Shown piece by piece: positions 1 to 13,660 of a stretch of DNA of 64,000 nucleotides. The notes below the pieces were generated by a model, which worked only from the letters and a program-made list of their open reading frames with translations, searched no databases and was not told where the DNA came from. Source of the stretch: the human T2T-CHM13v2.0 reference genome, Homo sapiens. Made by a program: the position numbers and the translations under genes. Where the stretch lies: the NCBI RefSeq assembly GCF_009914755.1, contig NC_060932.1. One strand, given 5' to 3'. Positions within the stretch are counted from its first letter, which is position 1. Each line of letters begins with the position of its first letter.

Positions 1-540
1 CACATATGACCAAACCTGCCAAGTGCCTTGTCCCACCCTGTCCATTCACATAATAAATGCCCTTGCTGTATTTCCACCTCCAGAAAAAATAACAGCCATA
101 AACTCAGGCCCTCCTCCTAAAAATCAAAATCCATCTGTATGTACAACCATTCTTGCCAAATTTAATATATTTAAGGTTAAATCCCTAGATATTTGGGACT
201 TCCATCAACAATATTTCATGTGTCAGTCAGTGGGAATCCAAAATAATTTCCTGAGGAAAATTTTTACTCTGCATGTCAGGGTAAAGAGAGAGAAACATTA
301 CATTCAGACACAATCTTTTGAATCCATAAAAAGATAACAGCCTTAACTCAAGTGCAATGAGCAGCTGAAGCATACAGATCTCACCAAAACATGCTGATGG
401 ATATTCCTACCTGTGTTCCAAATTTTTGTCATAGAATATAACCTTATATTCTCTATCACACAATTACTATCTAAAGTTGTCGTAAGTAATTCACATTAAG
501 GATTCTCTAAGTGGCATGTGGTCCATATGTGTCCCTGTAG

Positions 541-818
541 CAGAAATCACAAATGTCATATCTGCAGGGGCCAGGTAGGTAATGTAATTGAGGAAAGACT
601 GGGGCAACCTGGAGACCACAGCCAGGTTGGCCCTGTGGCACTAGGTCTTCTCACAGTTCAAGAGAAGCCAAAAATAAAAATGGATTTTTAACTATGAAAA
701 CTAATGTTTCATGTTTTCCAGTAATTCAAATAATTACTTTTTTTAAAAAAAATTACATATTACAAACAATGTCTACTGACCAGATGTGGACCTATGGGCA
801 ACTGCTTATGATCTTTCT
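541..818 (+). mobile_element. MER102-like hAT-Charlie DNA transposon relic
   Basis: CAGGGGCCAGGTAGGTAATGTAATTGAG and TTCAAGAGAAGCCA blocks resemble the MER102 consensus as recalled; highly diverged. Confidence 0.6.
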
Positions 819-1187
819 AGGTCTAGATTTTATTTTTTATTTTTGTAAAAACCAGATAGCTTGTCAACCTGGATCCCATCATCTTCCCCCAAAACAATTG
901 CTTTGGGTGTTATGCCACTGGCTTATATTAAAGGACTTTTTACAAATCCGAGCTCACATGTGTTAAATTTGTTCTGTGGATCTTGTTAAGAGTCTTGTTC
1001 TCTGTAGTCACATGCTGCCCTCTTTATGAAAACCCATAGAAGAAGCGTCTTTCAGATGTCAGTACCAAAGATAGTCATAACCCTCCGTAGCATTTCTATC
1101 TCATAAATACAGTGAATCGAGTGTTTCCTTTTTGCATCAACCCATAAAAATCTCAGAGTAGCCTACCTCTAGAAAAATGTAAATGCA

Positions 1188-1213
1188 TGTGTGTGTGTGT
1201 GCACGCGTGTGCA
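1188..1213. repeat. (TG)n / alternating purine-pyrimidine tract
   Basis: tgtgtgtgtgtgtgcacgcgtgtgca read directly. Confidence 0.9.
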
Positions 1214-1895
1214 CCCATGCATCCTACAGACTTGTTTTTTTAAGCCTTACATTTTTGTTCTCCACTGCCAACTCCACTCTGAAAATTCCTTGTTTTATGG
1301 TATGCCAGTATCTTTGAAATCTGCTTCAAATTGGTTTATTTTGACAACTATTATTTATCAATAAAAGATAAAATAGCTAAATCTTAAGAAACTGTTTATT
1401 TTGAAAATTAGAAGCATATGAATAAGCAAATTAAAAAACTAAATAAATTAATATTGTTCATCATCAGCCCTGAACCATCTCCCTAACGCCACACAGATAA
1501 CTTTAGTTGTTTACCAGACTTCAGTACCCAAACATGCCATAGATGCTTGAAATTCAACATTAAGAAATTCAACATAAAGAAATAAAACCACTATCATTCC
1601 GTTTCTCTTTATTAATTACACATCATGGTAAATGGCACATCCAGCTGGCAAGCCCAGTGCTGTCTTCAACTATTCCCACCCCTTCCTCTCCAATAGCCCA
1701 TCTGCCACCAAGTCCTGTGGATTATGGCATCGAAATGTCTTAAATCTTATCCCAACTTTTCTACTTCACACCTTTGTCATTTCTCACCTTAAACTACTAG
1801 ATTGACTCATATTTCTCACTTGGACAGTACTAACTCAACTTTTATTTGAGTTCTCTGTCCCAACTATCTCCCTCAAGCTTCAGATGCCTGAACAG

Positions 1896-2063
1896 TTTTT
1901 GTTTGTTTTTGTTTATTTGTTTTGAGAAAGGGTATTGTTCTGTCACCCAGGCTAGAGAGCAGTGGTGCAATCACAGCCCATTGTAACTTCCTGGGCTCCA
2001 GCAATCCTCCCTCCTCCGCCTCCCAAAGTGCTGGGATTACAGGTGTGAGCCACTGCACCTGGC
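1896..2063 (-). mobile_element. Alu monomer (FLAM/FAM-like)
   Basis: T-rich tail followed by a single Alu arm ending CACTGCACCTGGC; flanks cctgaacagtttt / cctgggcagtttt resemble a decayed TSD. Confidence 0.85.
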
Positions 2064-2133
2064 ACCTGGGCAGTTTTTAAATATTTTGTAGAGATCTTTT
2101 AAAAACATGTAACTGAAATGCCTGGGCCTCACC

Positions 2134-2689
2134 TGTGATGGTTAATATTGAGTGTCAACTTGATTGGATTGAATGATGCAAAGTATTGTTCCTGGGTGTG
2201 TCTGTGAGAGTGTTGCCAAAGGAGATTAACATTTGAGTCAGTGGACTGGGAGAGGCAGATCTACCCTCAATCTGGGTGGGCACCATCTAATCAGCTGCCA
2301 GTGCAGCTAGAACAAAGCAGGCAGGAGAAGATAGAAGAGCAGACTTGCTGAGTCTTCCGGCTTTCATCTTTCTCCCATGCTGGATGCTTCCTGCCCTTGA
2401 ACATCAGACTCCAAGCTCTTCAACTTTTGTATTCTTGGACTTACACCAGTGGTTTGCCAGGGACTCTCGGGCCTTTGGCCACAGACTGAAGGCTGCATTG
2501 TTGGCTTCCCTACTTTTGGAGTTTCGGGACTCAGACTGATCCACCACTGGCTTCCTTTGCTACTCAGCTTGCAGGCGGCCTATTGTGGGACTTTACCTTG
2601 TGATCGTGTGAGTCAAGTCTCCTTAATAAACTCCCTTTCATACAAACATATATCCTATTAGTTCTGTCCCTCTAGAGAACCCTAATACA
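2134..2689 (+). mobile_element. MLT2A (MLT2A2-like) solo LTR of HERV-L
   Basis: Starts TGTGATGGTTAATATTGAGTGTCAACTTGATTGGATTG, ends CTAGAGAACCCTAATACA; AATAAA near 2626; perfect 5-bp TSD TCACC (2129-2133, 2690-2694). Confidence 0.93.
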
Positions 2690-3732
2690 TCACCAATCTA
2701 TGATTATGGAGTGAGTAAATAAATAGGTGAATGAAGAACAAAGAGGTGAATTAGGCCACTTTCAATCATCTTACATGGTCAGACCCAAATCTTACCCGTC
2801 ATGCAGCTGTCCAGAAACCCCACAGCTATACAGCACTGTGTGCAGACAGGCCATGGGGAAGCAAGTTACAGGCCAGAGCAGAATCCTGAGAGGTTCACAG
2901 CAATCCCTGGGGAGCAGAATCCAAACAGGGTCAGAGAGGTGCATCCTGACACCACACAGTGAAGAGAGGACAGGCTGCTCTCAGTGGGGTGGACAGGAGT
3001 CACACTGCAAAAGTAAGCTGGGGGCTTGGACACAGACACCTCCTGATAAGCTGGAGGATGAACACACATCAGAAGAAGCTCCTTGGGACTGGAGGGGTAG
3101 AGGGAATCTAGAGAAGGGTGGGATTGCCCACTAAGCTCAAGACTGAATGGGCAGAGAAAGTGGATGGGTTAAAAAATTAGCCACAGTTAGAGGCAAAGCT
3201 TGACTCCTTCCCAAGAAACTGACTCAAGACCACTTCCCTTGGTGGTTTTCCTCAGAGCCATCCATTTCAGTCTTAGAAGAACAGAGACTGTTAGGTGCAG
3301 AAATGACTCTTCCCTGCTTGAGGGGTTCTTCAGTTTCTTTGGGGAGACATACTTCTTCCTAACCCTCCCTAGGATCAAACCAAGAGGATTGGTTGAGCAG
3401 GTGTTTGGTCGACCAGGACCTATCTCTGTATTTTGAATTCCATTCAAGGCAACAAGCAGGACCAGGGCTTCTGGTGGTAAGCACTTGTTAAGCTGGGCCA
3501 CTCTGATCCTGCACAGCAGTGTTGGAAGGAGAGGAGTGAAAACTTGTCAAAAATCCCCTTTGCCTCAACCGCATCCTAATCCATAAAATTAAGAGAAACA
3601 TCATCAATCACAGAATCCCATTCTAGAAGTCCATGTGCCCAGCAACATCATTCTATCCTCCTTATATACCATGCGGAAAATGGGCGACAGTGCATTGCAG
3701 TGAACAGTGCTCCAATAAAGAATGAGCCTCCC

Positions 3733-5121
3733 CATGTAGACCAAAGGAACAGAATAGAGAGCCCAGAAGTAAGGCCGCACATCCACGGCCATCTTATCTT
3801 TGACAAAGCTGACAAAAACAAGCAATGAGGAAAAGACTCACTATTCAATAAATGGTGCTGGGATAACTGGCTAGCCACATGCAGAAGATTGAAGCTGGAC
3901 CCTTATACAAAGATCAACTTAAGATTAATTAAAGACTTAAATATAAAACCTAAAACTATAAAAACCCGGAAGACAAACTAGGCAATACCATCCTGGACAT
4001 AAGAATGGGCTAAGATTTCATGACAAAGACACCAAAAGCAATTGCAACAAAAGCAAAAATTGACAAATGGAATCTAATTAAACTTAAGAGCTTCTGCACA
4101 GCAAAAGAAACTATCAACAGGGTAAACAGACAAACTACAGAACAGGAAAAAATATTTGCAAACTATGCATCTGACAAAGTTCTAATATCCAAAACCTATG
4201 AGGAACTTAAAGAAATTTACAAGAGAAAAATTTTAAAACACCATTAAAAAGTGGGCAAAGGATATGAACAGACCCTTTTCAAAAGAAGACATACATGTGG
4301 CCAACAAGCCTATGAAGAAAAGCTCAATATCACTGATTATTAGAGAAATGCAAATCAAGACAATGAGATACCATCTCACATCAGTCTGAATGACTATTAC
4401 TAAAAAGTCAAAAATAACAGATGCTGGCGAGGTTGCAGAGAAAAGGGAACCCTTAAACACTGTTAGTGGGGGTGTAAATTAGTTCGACCATTGTGGAAAG
4501 CAGCACGGAAATTCCTCAAAGAGCTAAAAGCAGAACTACCAACCAACCCGCAATTTCATTACTGGGTATATACCCAGAAAAATATAAATCATTCTACCAC
4601 AAAGACACATGCACGTGAATATTTATTGCAGCACTATTCACAATAGCAAAGACATGGAATCAACCTAAATGCCTATCAGTGACACAGATTGGATAAAGAA
4701 AATGTGGTACATATGTACTATGGAGTACTATGTAGCCATAAAAAATAGAGATATTATGTCTTTTGTGGAAACATGGATGGAGCTGGAAGCTATTATCTTT
4801 AGCAGACTACCACAGGAACAGAAAACTGAATACTGCATGTTCTCACTTAAAAGTGGGAGCTAAATGATAAGAACTTATGAACACAAAGAAGGAAACAACA
4901 GACACTAGGATCTTCCTTGAGGGTGGGAGGAGGGAGAGGATCAGAAAAGATAACTATTGGGTACTGGGCTTAACACCTGGGTGATGAAATAATATATACA
5001 ACAAATCCCCATGACCCATGTTTACCTATATAACAAACCTTCACACATACCACCAAACCTAAAATAAAAGTTAAAAATTAAAAAAAATTAAAAATTAAGT
5101 ACACAATTTTTTTTTAAAAAA
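3733..5121 (+). mobile_element. 5'-truncated L1 (L1PA15/16-like), ORF2 C-terminus plus 3' UTR
   Basis: ORF2 peptides [17 protein letters not shown] and WIKKMWYI; 3' UTR and A-tail; TSD aaagaatgagcctccc (3717-3732) / aaagaataggcctccc (5122-5137). Confidence 0.93.
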
Positions 5122-5139
5122 AAAGAATAGGCCTCCCTA

Positions 5140-5995
5140 ATTAGCTCCATTTCTCTGCCTTCGACTGACTCCTTCAGTCACTCCAGTCTGGCCTCCATGC
5201 TCCTGTGATGCTTCTCATCAAGGTCCTCACAGACCTTTCTAAGACAAAGTCCAGGGGATACTTTACTTCTATTTTATTTGACCTGTCATTAGCATGTGAC
5301 AGCCAGATATCCAGAGGTTATCCTCCACTCCTCCCTCTCTTTCACCTCCCCCCAACATCCAATCAATTACCAAATGGGTCTAGCTTCTTAGTATCTCTCA
5401 ATTCTACCCATTTCTTCCCATCTCTGTCATCTCCTCCTGGATTTCTACAACCCTTCCAGGTATTGGGTACCATTGCCACCTTTCTTGCCCTATTCCAGTC
5501 CATCTCACATAGAAACCAGAACAGTCGTTCTAAAATGCAAATATAACCAAGTTGTTACCAAGTGCTTCATCAGTGGCCTTAAAATAAACTTCAGACTCCC
5601 ACAGCTGAGAAGGCCCAGCATAGTCCCGACATGGGAAACTCTTTCAGGTTCATCTCTCATGATATTCTTTCTCAACTCTATGTGCTAACTACAAAAAAAA
5701 TTATTTGAGTTTCTCAAACAGCTCTCTGCCTGGAACTCTTCCTGCTCTTTGCCTCTGATTTTTGACCACCCTTAAACCTCAGCTTCTCTGCCTTCTCCTC
5801 CCAGGGGCTCCTAGTGCTGCCCCACATCCTGTCCTTCAGAGCACTTATTCTCATAATTGCCTATTTTCATGTTTTCTCCCTAACAGGTATATTAGCACAA
5901 TGACAGCTTGAGCTACATGTGTCTTATTGACCATTGCATGCCCACTGCCTCACAAAGGGCTAACATGTAGAATATAAAGAATTTCAATACCAGGT
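5140..5995 (+). mobile_element. L2 LINE fragments
   Basis: Pyrimidine-rich sequence with L2-like blocks (ttctaaaatgcaaat, gcctggaactcttcc); very diverged. Confidence 0.55.
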
Positions 5996-6193
5996 GGTTG
6001 ATTTTTATTTTTAATCTTTTTCAGGGTATGCTAGTAAGATCATGACAACACAGACAGATTGGTCAGCATTTAGATTTGGGTTAACAAGAAATAGGGTCTA
6101 TTCTTACATGGGCTGAATTTTTTTCCTACCTTGAAGTTTAAAAAACTTGGACCTCCAGAGTGTTCACAAATATGATCATCATGTATGAATGTC

Positions 6194-6589
6194 TCTCTTA
6201 GTCAGTTTGAGCTGCTGTAGCAAAATGCTATGGATTGGGTAGCTTAAACAACAGACATTTATTTCTCACAGTTCTGGGGGGTGGGAAGTCCAAGATTATG
6301 ATGCTGGCAGATTTAGTGCCTTGTGGGAGCTCTCTTCCTGGTTTGTAGACAGCTGCCTTCTCGCTGTCTCTTCATATGGCTTTTCCTCTGCACATGTGCA
6401 TGGAGAGAGGGAGTAAGCTCTCTGGTCTCTTCTTATAAGTGTACTAGTCCCATCACGAGGGCAGCACCCCCATAAACTCATCTAAACCTAATCACCTCCC
6501 TAAGGCCCCATCTCCAAATATCATTACATTGGGGGTCCAGGCTTCAACATATGAATTGATGTGGGGGGACTATAATTTAGTCCATAGCA
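6194..6589 (-). mobile_element. MLT1A/MLT1A0 MaLR LTR
   Basis: Reverse complement starts TGCTATGGACT; typical acatttatttctcacagttctgg block. Confidence 0.85.
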
Positions 6590-7720
6590 ATTTATAACAG
6601 CCTTCCAACCACAAATCTGAAATTTTGTCTCCTTTTAACTGAACCTAATTGGATAATATTTTTACAGAGGATTTCTTAAGATTAATACTTCTTGGGAGCA
6701 CAGCACTAATCAACAGTTGCTAAAAAATTAAAGTCTTTGTTAATTTCTGAGATAATGAATTCAATTGTTAAACTTGTCTTTAACAAGAAAAGAAATTTAG
6801 GGCAATTAGGAAGTAAGAAAGTCTTTGCCAAAAACAGCAATTGATTAAAAAAGAAAAGAAAAGTAAAAGAATGCCCTGAAACTGTTGCAGCAGGTATAGA
6901 TACTATATTTTAGAGTAGCGGATCCAAAATGTTTCAAACAAGATCTATATTGTTTTTTTCATATTCTTTTCTGTTTCTACAGCATATGCATTTCAGCATC
7001 TAATCAACTTAATGCAGCCACACTTGGCAAACAACAGCCCTTATACTCTATTTATAAAGTGACTCTCACAATAATTTTAAACAGACTCAAATACTCAGTG
7101 ACCTTTTGGAAAATATACTCTAACTGACTTAGATAAGATGAATGCTGATGATTGCCATTCTTCATGAGAACCAACGTTGGAAGAAGTACCAGGGAGTTCA
7201 GAGAACCACAGCAGGGAGTTGGAAACCCAATGGCATCTGTGGCTTGCTGTGGCCTTCATGTGTGTTGCTGATCCTAATGATAAAGCATGCAGAGAGAAGT
7301 TTTAGAAATAAACCCTCACAATACTCCATCTCAACATATCTGTAAAACACCTGCAAGACTGACTTGCTCTGCTGCCTCTTTGTGACTACACCTGACTTTT
7401 GCCAGAATAAGTCACCTGCCAGCTTCCTCCCAGTCTTACCAAACTGCCTTGTCTTGAGCATGATCAAACCTGGCCTAGTGATGCCTAAACTCAACCAAGA
7501 ATTCTCTGCTCCCCAGTAATTTTTATGCCTAAGTTCCTTTAGACACCACACCACTTGGTAAGGTGAGGGGTGGTCTAGACAAGATGAAGGTCAAGACAAG
7601 GTGGGGAACTGGGGAAAGGGCACAAAAAGCCATAAACAATCGAAGTCTAGTTCAACCTTCTCCTTTTCCTTTCTTCCCTTATTCTCAATCCCCTACTGCC
7701 AGCTCTGTTTCATTGATGTG

Positions 7721-8126
7721 TGTTATGGGTGGAATTATGTCCCTCCAAAATTAATATGTTGAAGTCCTCACCCCTAGTACCTCAGAATATGACTGTAGTT
7801 GGAGACAGAACCTTTAAAGAAGTGACTAAGTTGAACTGGAGTTGTTAGGGTGGGCCCTAAACCAATATGACTGGTGCCCTTATCAGAGGAAATTTGCACA
7901 CAAAAAGAGACACCAGGGTTGCTCATGAACAGAGGAAAGACCATGTGAGAACACACCAAGAAGATGGTCATCTACAAGCCAAGGAGACAGACCTCACAAG
8001 AAACCAACACTGTGGACTCCTTGATCTTGGACTTCCAGCCTCCAGAACTGTGAGAAAATAAATTTCTGTTGTTTAAGCCACACAATCATAATGCTTTTAT
8101 TATGACAGCCTGAGCAAACTAACACA
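7721..8126 (+). mobile_element. MLT1B MaLR solo LTR
   Basis: TGTTATGGG...CTAACACA termini; acctcagaatatgactgta and gacttccagcctccagaactgtgagaaaataaa blocks; flanks atgtg / atatg. Confidence 0.88.
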
Positions 8127-8620
8127 ATATGTTTAATCAAATCCTACTACATTACTGTATGTTTTCTCTTATTTTTTCCTATTGAACAGCTTTCAATCAG
8201 GTTTTTTCAATTCTCATGGACCCACCCCATTGCAAGCAGAGAATGACAGCATACACAAAGACACTGAGGCATGAGAGTGGATGGGTTCGGGAAACTACAG
8301 GTGGCTCGGAGGCAGCACTGTGATAAGAGGAATCAAGGCATCCTGGAAGCCCTCAAATTTGCAAGAGCCTGTAAAGACCCCAGAAAGTTTGCAGCATTTG
8401 ATTATCAAATATGATGTTGTTCCCCCTGCATTCATACAAGCGCAGTTTATGTCAATTACACATGTACACGTTTGCAGTCGTTGTTTAGAAAGAGATTGTG
8501 ATCTAAGGCATTTCACCAGCAGAATTCATTAAGTTAAATATCTTTATAGCTTTCCTTTAGAACAAATTCAAGGAACAAAATATGCACATGAATTCAGTAT
8601 GAGAGCATTTATCATCACAT

Positions 8621-9039
8621 TGTCAACAGACAAAATTATAACAAATTTAGTTTAAAATATTAATTGGCTATTATTTGTGACTCCAGCATTGGGCAACACC
8701 TCATTCTGTAAAATAGAATGAGTGTTCTGATCAGCTGAGCAGAGGAGGTTGATTTTATAGACAAAGGGGCTGAGGAAAACTGAAAGCAGATTGGTCATTT
8801 CAGTATTACTTTCCTTATAAAGGTGAAAGCAGAGGATACTTCCTTATCTTGCCAGCTAAAACTAGCCTGTCTGGGGATTTGGCTATTATCTCTCTCCTGA
8901 TTTCTTGGAAGTTCACGTAAACAACTTAGTTTCAGATTGGTGGCATGGAGCTTCAGCCAGAGTGGCTTTGGTTTAGTCTGCTGGGCCTAGTGCAGGAGCT
9001 CAGTCCAAACCAAAGGCCTCCTAAAACTTTCACTTAACA
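8621..9039 (-). mobile_element. ERV1 solo LTR (MER93/MER31/MER67 group)
   Basis: Reverse complement TGTTAA...GGAGGCC...TTGGACTGAGCTCCTGCACTAGGCCC...TGACA; 4-bp flanks acat / ccat. Confidence 0.75.
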
Positions 9040-9224
9040 CCATGCACTCTTATGAATGCACATCTCTGATCCTCAGTCAGACTAACTGGTTCAAAAACAA
9101 ATCTCAATAATCAGAAGCCTAGCATTTCCTATCATTAATGAGACACATAGAGAGGGGTAAATATCTAAATTTTTAAAGTAGTTAATAGGTCAATTGACTT
9201 ATATGTCGGTGGTAAGTAATGGTT

Positions 9225-10128
9225 AAAAAAAATAAACAACTCAATCACGTGAAAACAAATTAGTTTTTTAAACGGACAAATAACTTGATATTTCTCAAAA
9301 GGCATACAAATGGCCAACAGGTTCATGAAAAAAATGTTTCACATCCTTAATCATTAGGGAAATGCAAATTAAAGCCACAATAAGACATCACCTCACACTT
9401 GTTAGGATGGCCATTATCAAAAAGACAAAAGATAACAAGTGTTGGTGAAGATGTAGAGAAAAGGGAAATTTATATATGTGAGAATGTAAATTAGTACAGC
9501 CATTATGAAATACAGTAAGGAGGTTACCCAAAAAATTAAAAATAGAACTACCATATGATTCAACAATCCCACTACTGATTATATATCCAAAAGAAATAAA
9601 ATCAATATGTCGAAGAAATAGCCACACTCCCATGTTTATTGCAGCATTATTTATAATAGCTAAAACATAAAAGCAACTCAAGTGCCCATCACTGGATGAA
9701 TGGAGATAGACAAATAAAATGGAATATTATGCAGCCTTTAAAAAGGGAGACACTATCATTTATGACAACATGGATGAACCTGGAGGATATTGTGTTAAGT
9801 GAAAGAAGCCAGACACAGAAAGACAAATACTGTATGACCTCACTTATATTTGGAATCTAGAAAAGTGGAAGTCAAAAGAAGAGAGTAGAATGATGGTTAC
9901 TGGGATGAGGGAAGAAATAGATGTTGGTCAAAGGGTATAAAGTTTAAGTTATGCAGGATGAATAAGTTCTGAAGACAATGTACAGCATGGTAACTATAAT
10001 TAATATTACTATACTGTACACTTGAAATTTTCTAAGAGAGTAGATCTTAAATGTTCTCACCATTAAAAAAATTATAACTGTGTGAGGTGATGGATATGCT
10101 AACTAGCTTGACTGTGGTTATCATTTCA
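9225..10128 (+). mobile_element. L1M (L1MA9/L1MB-like) 3' fragment
   Basis: ORF2 tail (gaaatgcaaattaaagccacaa) and 3' UTR (agagtagatcttaaatgttctcacca, gaggtgatggatatg). Confidence 0.85.
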
Positions 10129-10367
10129 TGTTTTCAGGAAACAAAGTACCACAATTAGCTCTAGTAGTGGAAAAGTTGAGTAGATCAATAACAATAGAAG
10201 AAATTGAAAAGGAAATCAAAAATAGGAAAAAATACGATTTTCCAGGTGACCTCCTTTGCAGATTTCAGAAATATGGAATTTCTGTGTCTTTTTTAATGTG
10301 GTTCCATAACATGGAAAAATAAGGAAATTCTAATTTATTCTAGGAAGATGGTACAACCCTCACCTAA

Positions 10368-10799
<432 letters not shown>

Positions 10800-11044
10800 T
10801 AATTTTAAAGTAAGATTAATTCAAGGAATGCAAAGATTTCTCAACATTACATAATATTCACTGACAGATTAAAGAAAAGTTACATTGTCTTTTCAATAAG
10901 TGCTAAAAAGAAGATGTTAGTAAATTTGGCACATACAAAACACAACTCTTTGAATAACCTAGGAATAGAAAGAAATGTCCTTAATCAATTACAGAGTAGG
11001 CAGAAAATACAAAAGTTTAGCTCACAATGTACCTATTCTAACAT

Positions 11045-11486
11045 GTTTCTAAGAAATGGCAAGTTCAACAATGACCTATGCCAGGGTCCTTTGTAGCTGG
11101 CATGTAACCTAGCTCTGCCAAGCAGAAGCACCCATGTGAGATATTCAAAATTAAGCAATTTAACTCAGGGGCCTTGTAAGAAGAGCTCAGATATTTGGCA
11201 ATTGGAGTGATAGAGGCACCTGGCTCTCCTGAATCAGCTGCAATAAAGTTTCTGAATGCATTCCTTGACATCACAGTTCTAAATGATGGGGTGTGGTGGT
11301 GCTTCCATTATAAAAGTCCGGTGATGTGACTGGGGCTTTCTCCTGGCTTTATCATCCCAGACTGCATTGTTTCTGTGTATGGGGCATCCCAGTCCTGTTT
11401 TCAGGCCCACGTAGAAATACTACGAGCTACCTAAAATCCTTCTAAACTAGTTAGAGTGAGTAAAACTAAGAACCCTCACTAGTATA
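11045..11486 (+). mobile_element. Old ERVL-class LTR (family uncertain)
   Basis: 3' end aaactagttagagtg...aactaagaaccctcactagtata resembles ERVL/MaLR LTR ends; interrupts L1ME. Confidence 0.5.
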
Positions 11487-11757
11487 TGATATTTACCAGC
11501 AAGAGACAGCAAACATATTAATTATGAAACATTAGAATAATTTCTATTCATAAATGAACACATCAAGGACAGCTCACTATCTTAATGATATTCAAGATTA
11601 TTTTACATATTCCAGACAGTGCAATAAGAGAAGAAAAATAAATGAGATGTATTATATTATAAATCCATAAATATATTTGAAACTATCATTATTGGCATGT
11701 GACAAATTTCACCTAGACAATATTAAGAAAGCCAGTTGAAAAGCTATTAGAATTAGT

Positions 11758-12038
11758 GGCCAGGTGCAGTGGGTCACACTTCGGGAGGCCAAGGTGGGCG
11801 GATAGCTTGAGCTCAGGAATTCAAGACCAGCCTGAGCAACATGACAAAACCCCATCGCTACAAAAAAAATACAGATGTTAGCCACACATGGTGGCACGCA
11901 TCTGTGGTCTCAACTATTTGGGAGGCTGATGTGGAAGGATTGCTTCAGCCTGGGAGGCAGGGGTTGCAGTGAGCCAAGATCGCTTCACTGCACTCCAGTC
12001 TGGGTGACGGAGTGAGACTCCATCTCAAAAAAAAAAAC
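11758..12038 (+). mobile_element. AluJ with a small left-arm deletion
   Basis: Dimer plus A-tail; TSD ctattagaattagt (11744-11757, 12039-12052). Confidence 0.95.
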
Positions 12039-12359
12039 CTATTAGAATTAGTAAGAGACTTAGTAAGGTGACAGGTACAAGAGAAACACTGTGCTATGAA
12101 TCGGAGAAAAATACTTTTAAATACAACAGAAATTTAAAAATTCTCATTCAAGTAACAACAAAAATATTTATCTCCACATTATATAGTAATAAACAAGAAA
12201 GCATAAAGCTTTTCAAAAAGAACATTTTTTAAATGACCTGAATAAATGTGGTTACATGTGCATTTTTAACATTGTAAATTATCATATCTCTCCAAACTAA
12301 TCTATTCATTTAATTCAATCACAGTAAAAACCTAAATCAGCTTGCTTTGTGGGCAGCTG

Positions 12360-12658
12360 TTTTTTTTTTTTTTTCTTTGAAAGAGTCTTGCTCTGTCACC
12401 CAGGCTGGAGTTCAGTGGCCCAGTCTCGGCTCACTGCAACCTCCGCCTCCCGAGTTCAAGTGATTCTCCTGCCTTAGCCTCCTGAGTAGCTGGGATTACA
12501 GGCGCCCGCCACCACGCCCGGCTAATTCTTGTATTTTTAATAGAGACAGGGTTTCACCATGTTGGCCAGGCTGGTGTCGAACTCCTGACCTCAGGAGATC
12601 CACCGGCCTCGGCCCCCCAAATTGTTGGGATTACAGGCATGAGCTACCGTGCCCGGCC
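12360..12658 (-). mobile_element. AluS inserted in the 5' end of an MLT1F/G/H-like LTR fragment (about 12348-12742)
   Basis: Full dimer; flanking tgtggg...atggccagaaattctttg...ctcccatcaag resembles an MLT1 5' end. Confidence 0.92.
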
Positions 12659-12747
12659 TTTTTTTTTTTAATGGCCAGAAATTCTTTGTTGTTGTTTCTC
12701 CCATCAAGGGGCAGCAGCCCATGTTCCCTATCCTTGGATCTCAGAAG

Positions 12748-13660
12748 AGGGGATGTGCTGCGTTGGGGGGAAACACACTTGTCTGGGCTGCCTGGATTCC
12801 TCAGAACTAGCAGGAGGAAAGACTAAGTCTGCTGGTCCGAGGAGACTACAGCCACTCCTCCCCTAGGGGCTCAGGCCCAGGGAGATCAGAGTTCTGTCCC
12901 TGAGTCCCTGACTGGAGTTGTTGGAGTTCCTGCAGGAAGTCCCTATTCGGTGAGCCGGGAGGGGTCAGTGTCAGGACTGAAGAGGCACTATGGCCAAAGT
13001 CGGCCACAGTCAGGTGTGTTGGGTTGTGGGGAATACTTCTTGGGACCAAGCTGTCTAGCCTCCCTGGCTCCAGCAGGGGAAAAGCACAGCCTGGAGCTGT
13101 AGAGATTGCTGCCACCCTTCTCCCACCCTGAGAGCTTAGCGTGTTAGGCAGCTAGCAGTCCCAGTGTTGGCTGCCGCCCCTCCCGCAAGGAGCTCAGATG
13201 GCTTAGACAGCAGGCAGCTGCAGCTGTGGTGATGGCCGCCCATTCCCCAGGAACTCAGCTTAGGCAGATTCTAGCCGAGTGGCTGTTGAGAATCTGCGCA
13301 TGTCTGTGGTTGGGACCCTCAGCCTCAGTGGCACGGGCTCACAAGTGGGATCTTTTAATCCGTGGGTTGCACAGTTCTGTGGAAAAAGCACAGTTTCCCA
13401 GCCTAGGTAGCACGCTCACTCACCGACTCCCTTGGCTGGGGGATAGGGGCTCCCCTGCCCATGTGGTTCTCAGGTGGGCTGCCGCACCACACTGCTCTTC
13501 CTTCTTCTCCTTGGGTCACGCTAGCCGCCTAGTCAGTCCTGGTGACAGAACGCGGATACTTCAGTTGCCGGTGCAGGATTCACACTCTGTTTTGGTTCTT
13601 TTCAATGGCAGCCTACAATTACTGCTGCTTCTAGTCGGCCATCTTGGCCCCGCCCCCTCT
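12748..13660 (-). mobile_element. Isolated L1 5' UTR (L1PA13-16/L1PREC2-like), internal promoter with YY1 site
   Basis: Reverse complement begins AGAGGGGGCGGGGCCAAGATGGCCGACTAGAAGCAGC (YY1 motif CAAGATGGCCG); GC-rich; preceded on the minus strand by TT/AAAAAA. Confidence 0.85.

Noticed and set aside
5071-5121. 3' transduction in the L1 tail (aagtacacaattttttttt)
   Set aside because: Too short; can be explained by tail decay or a small local inversion.
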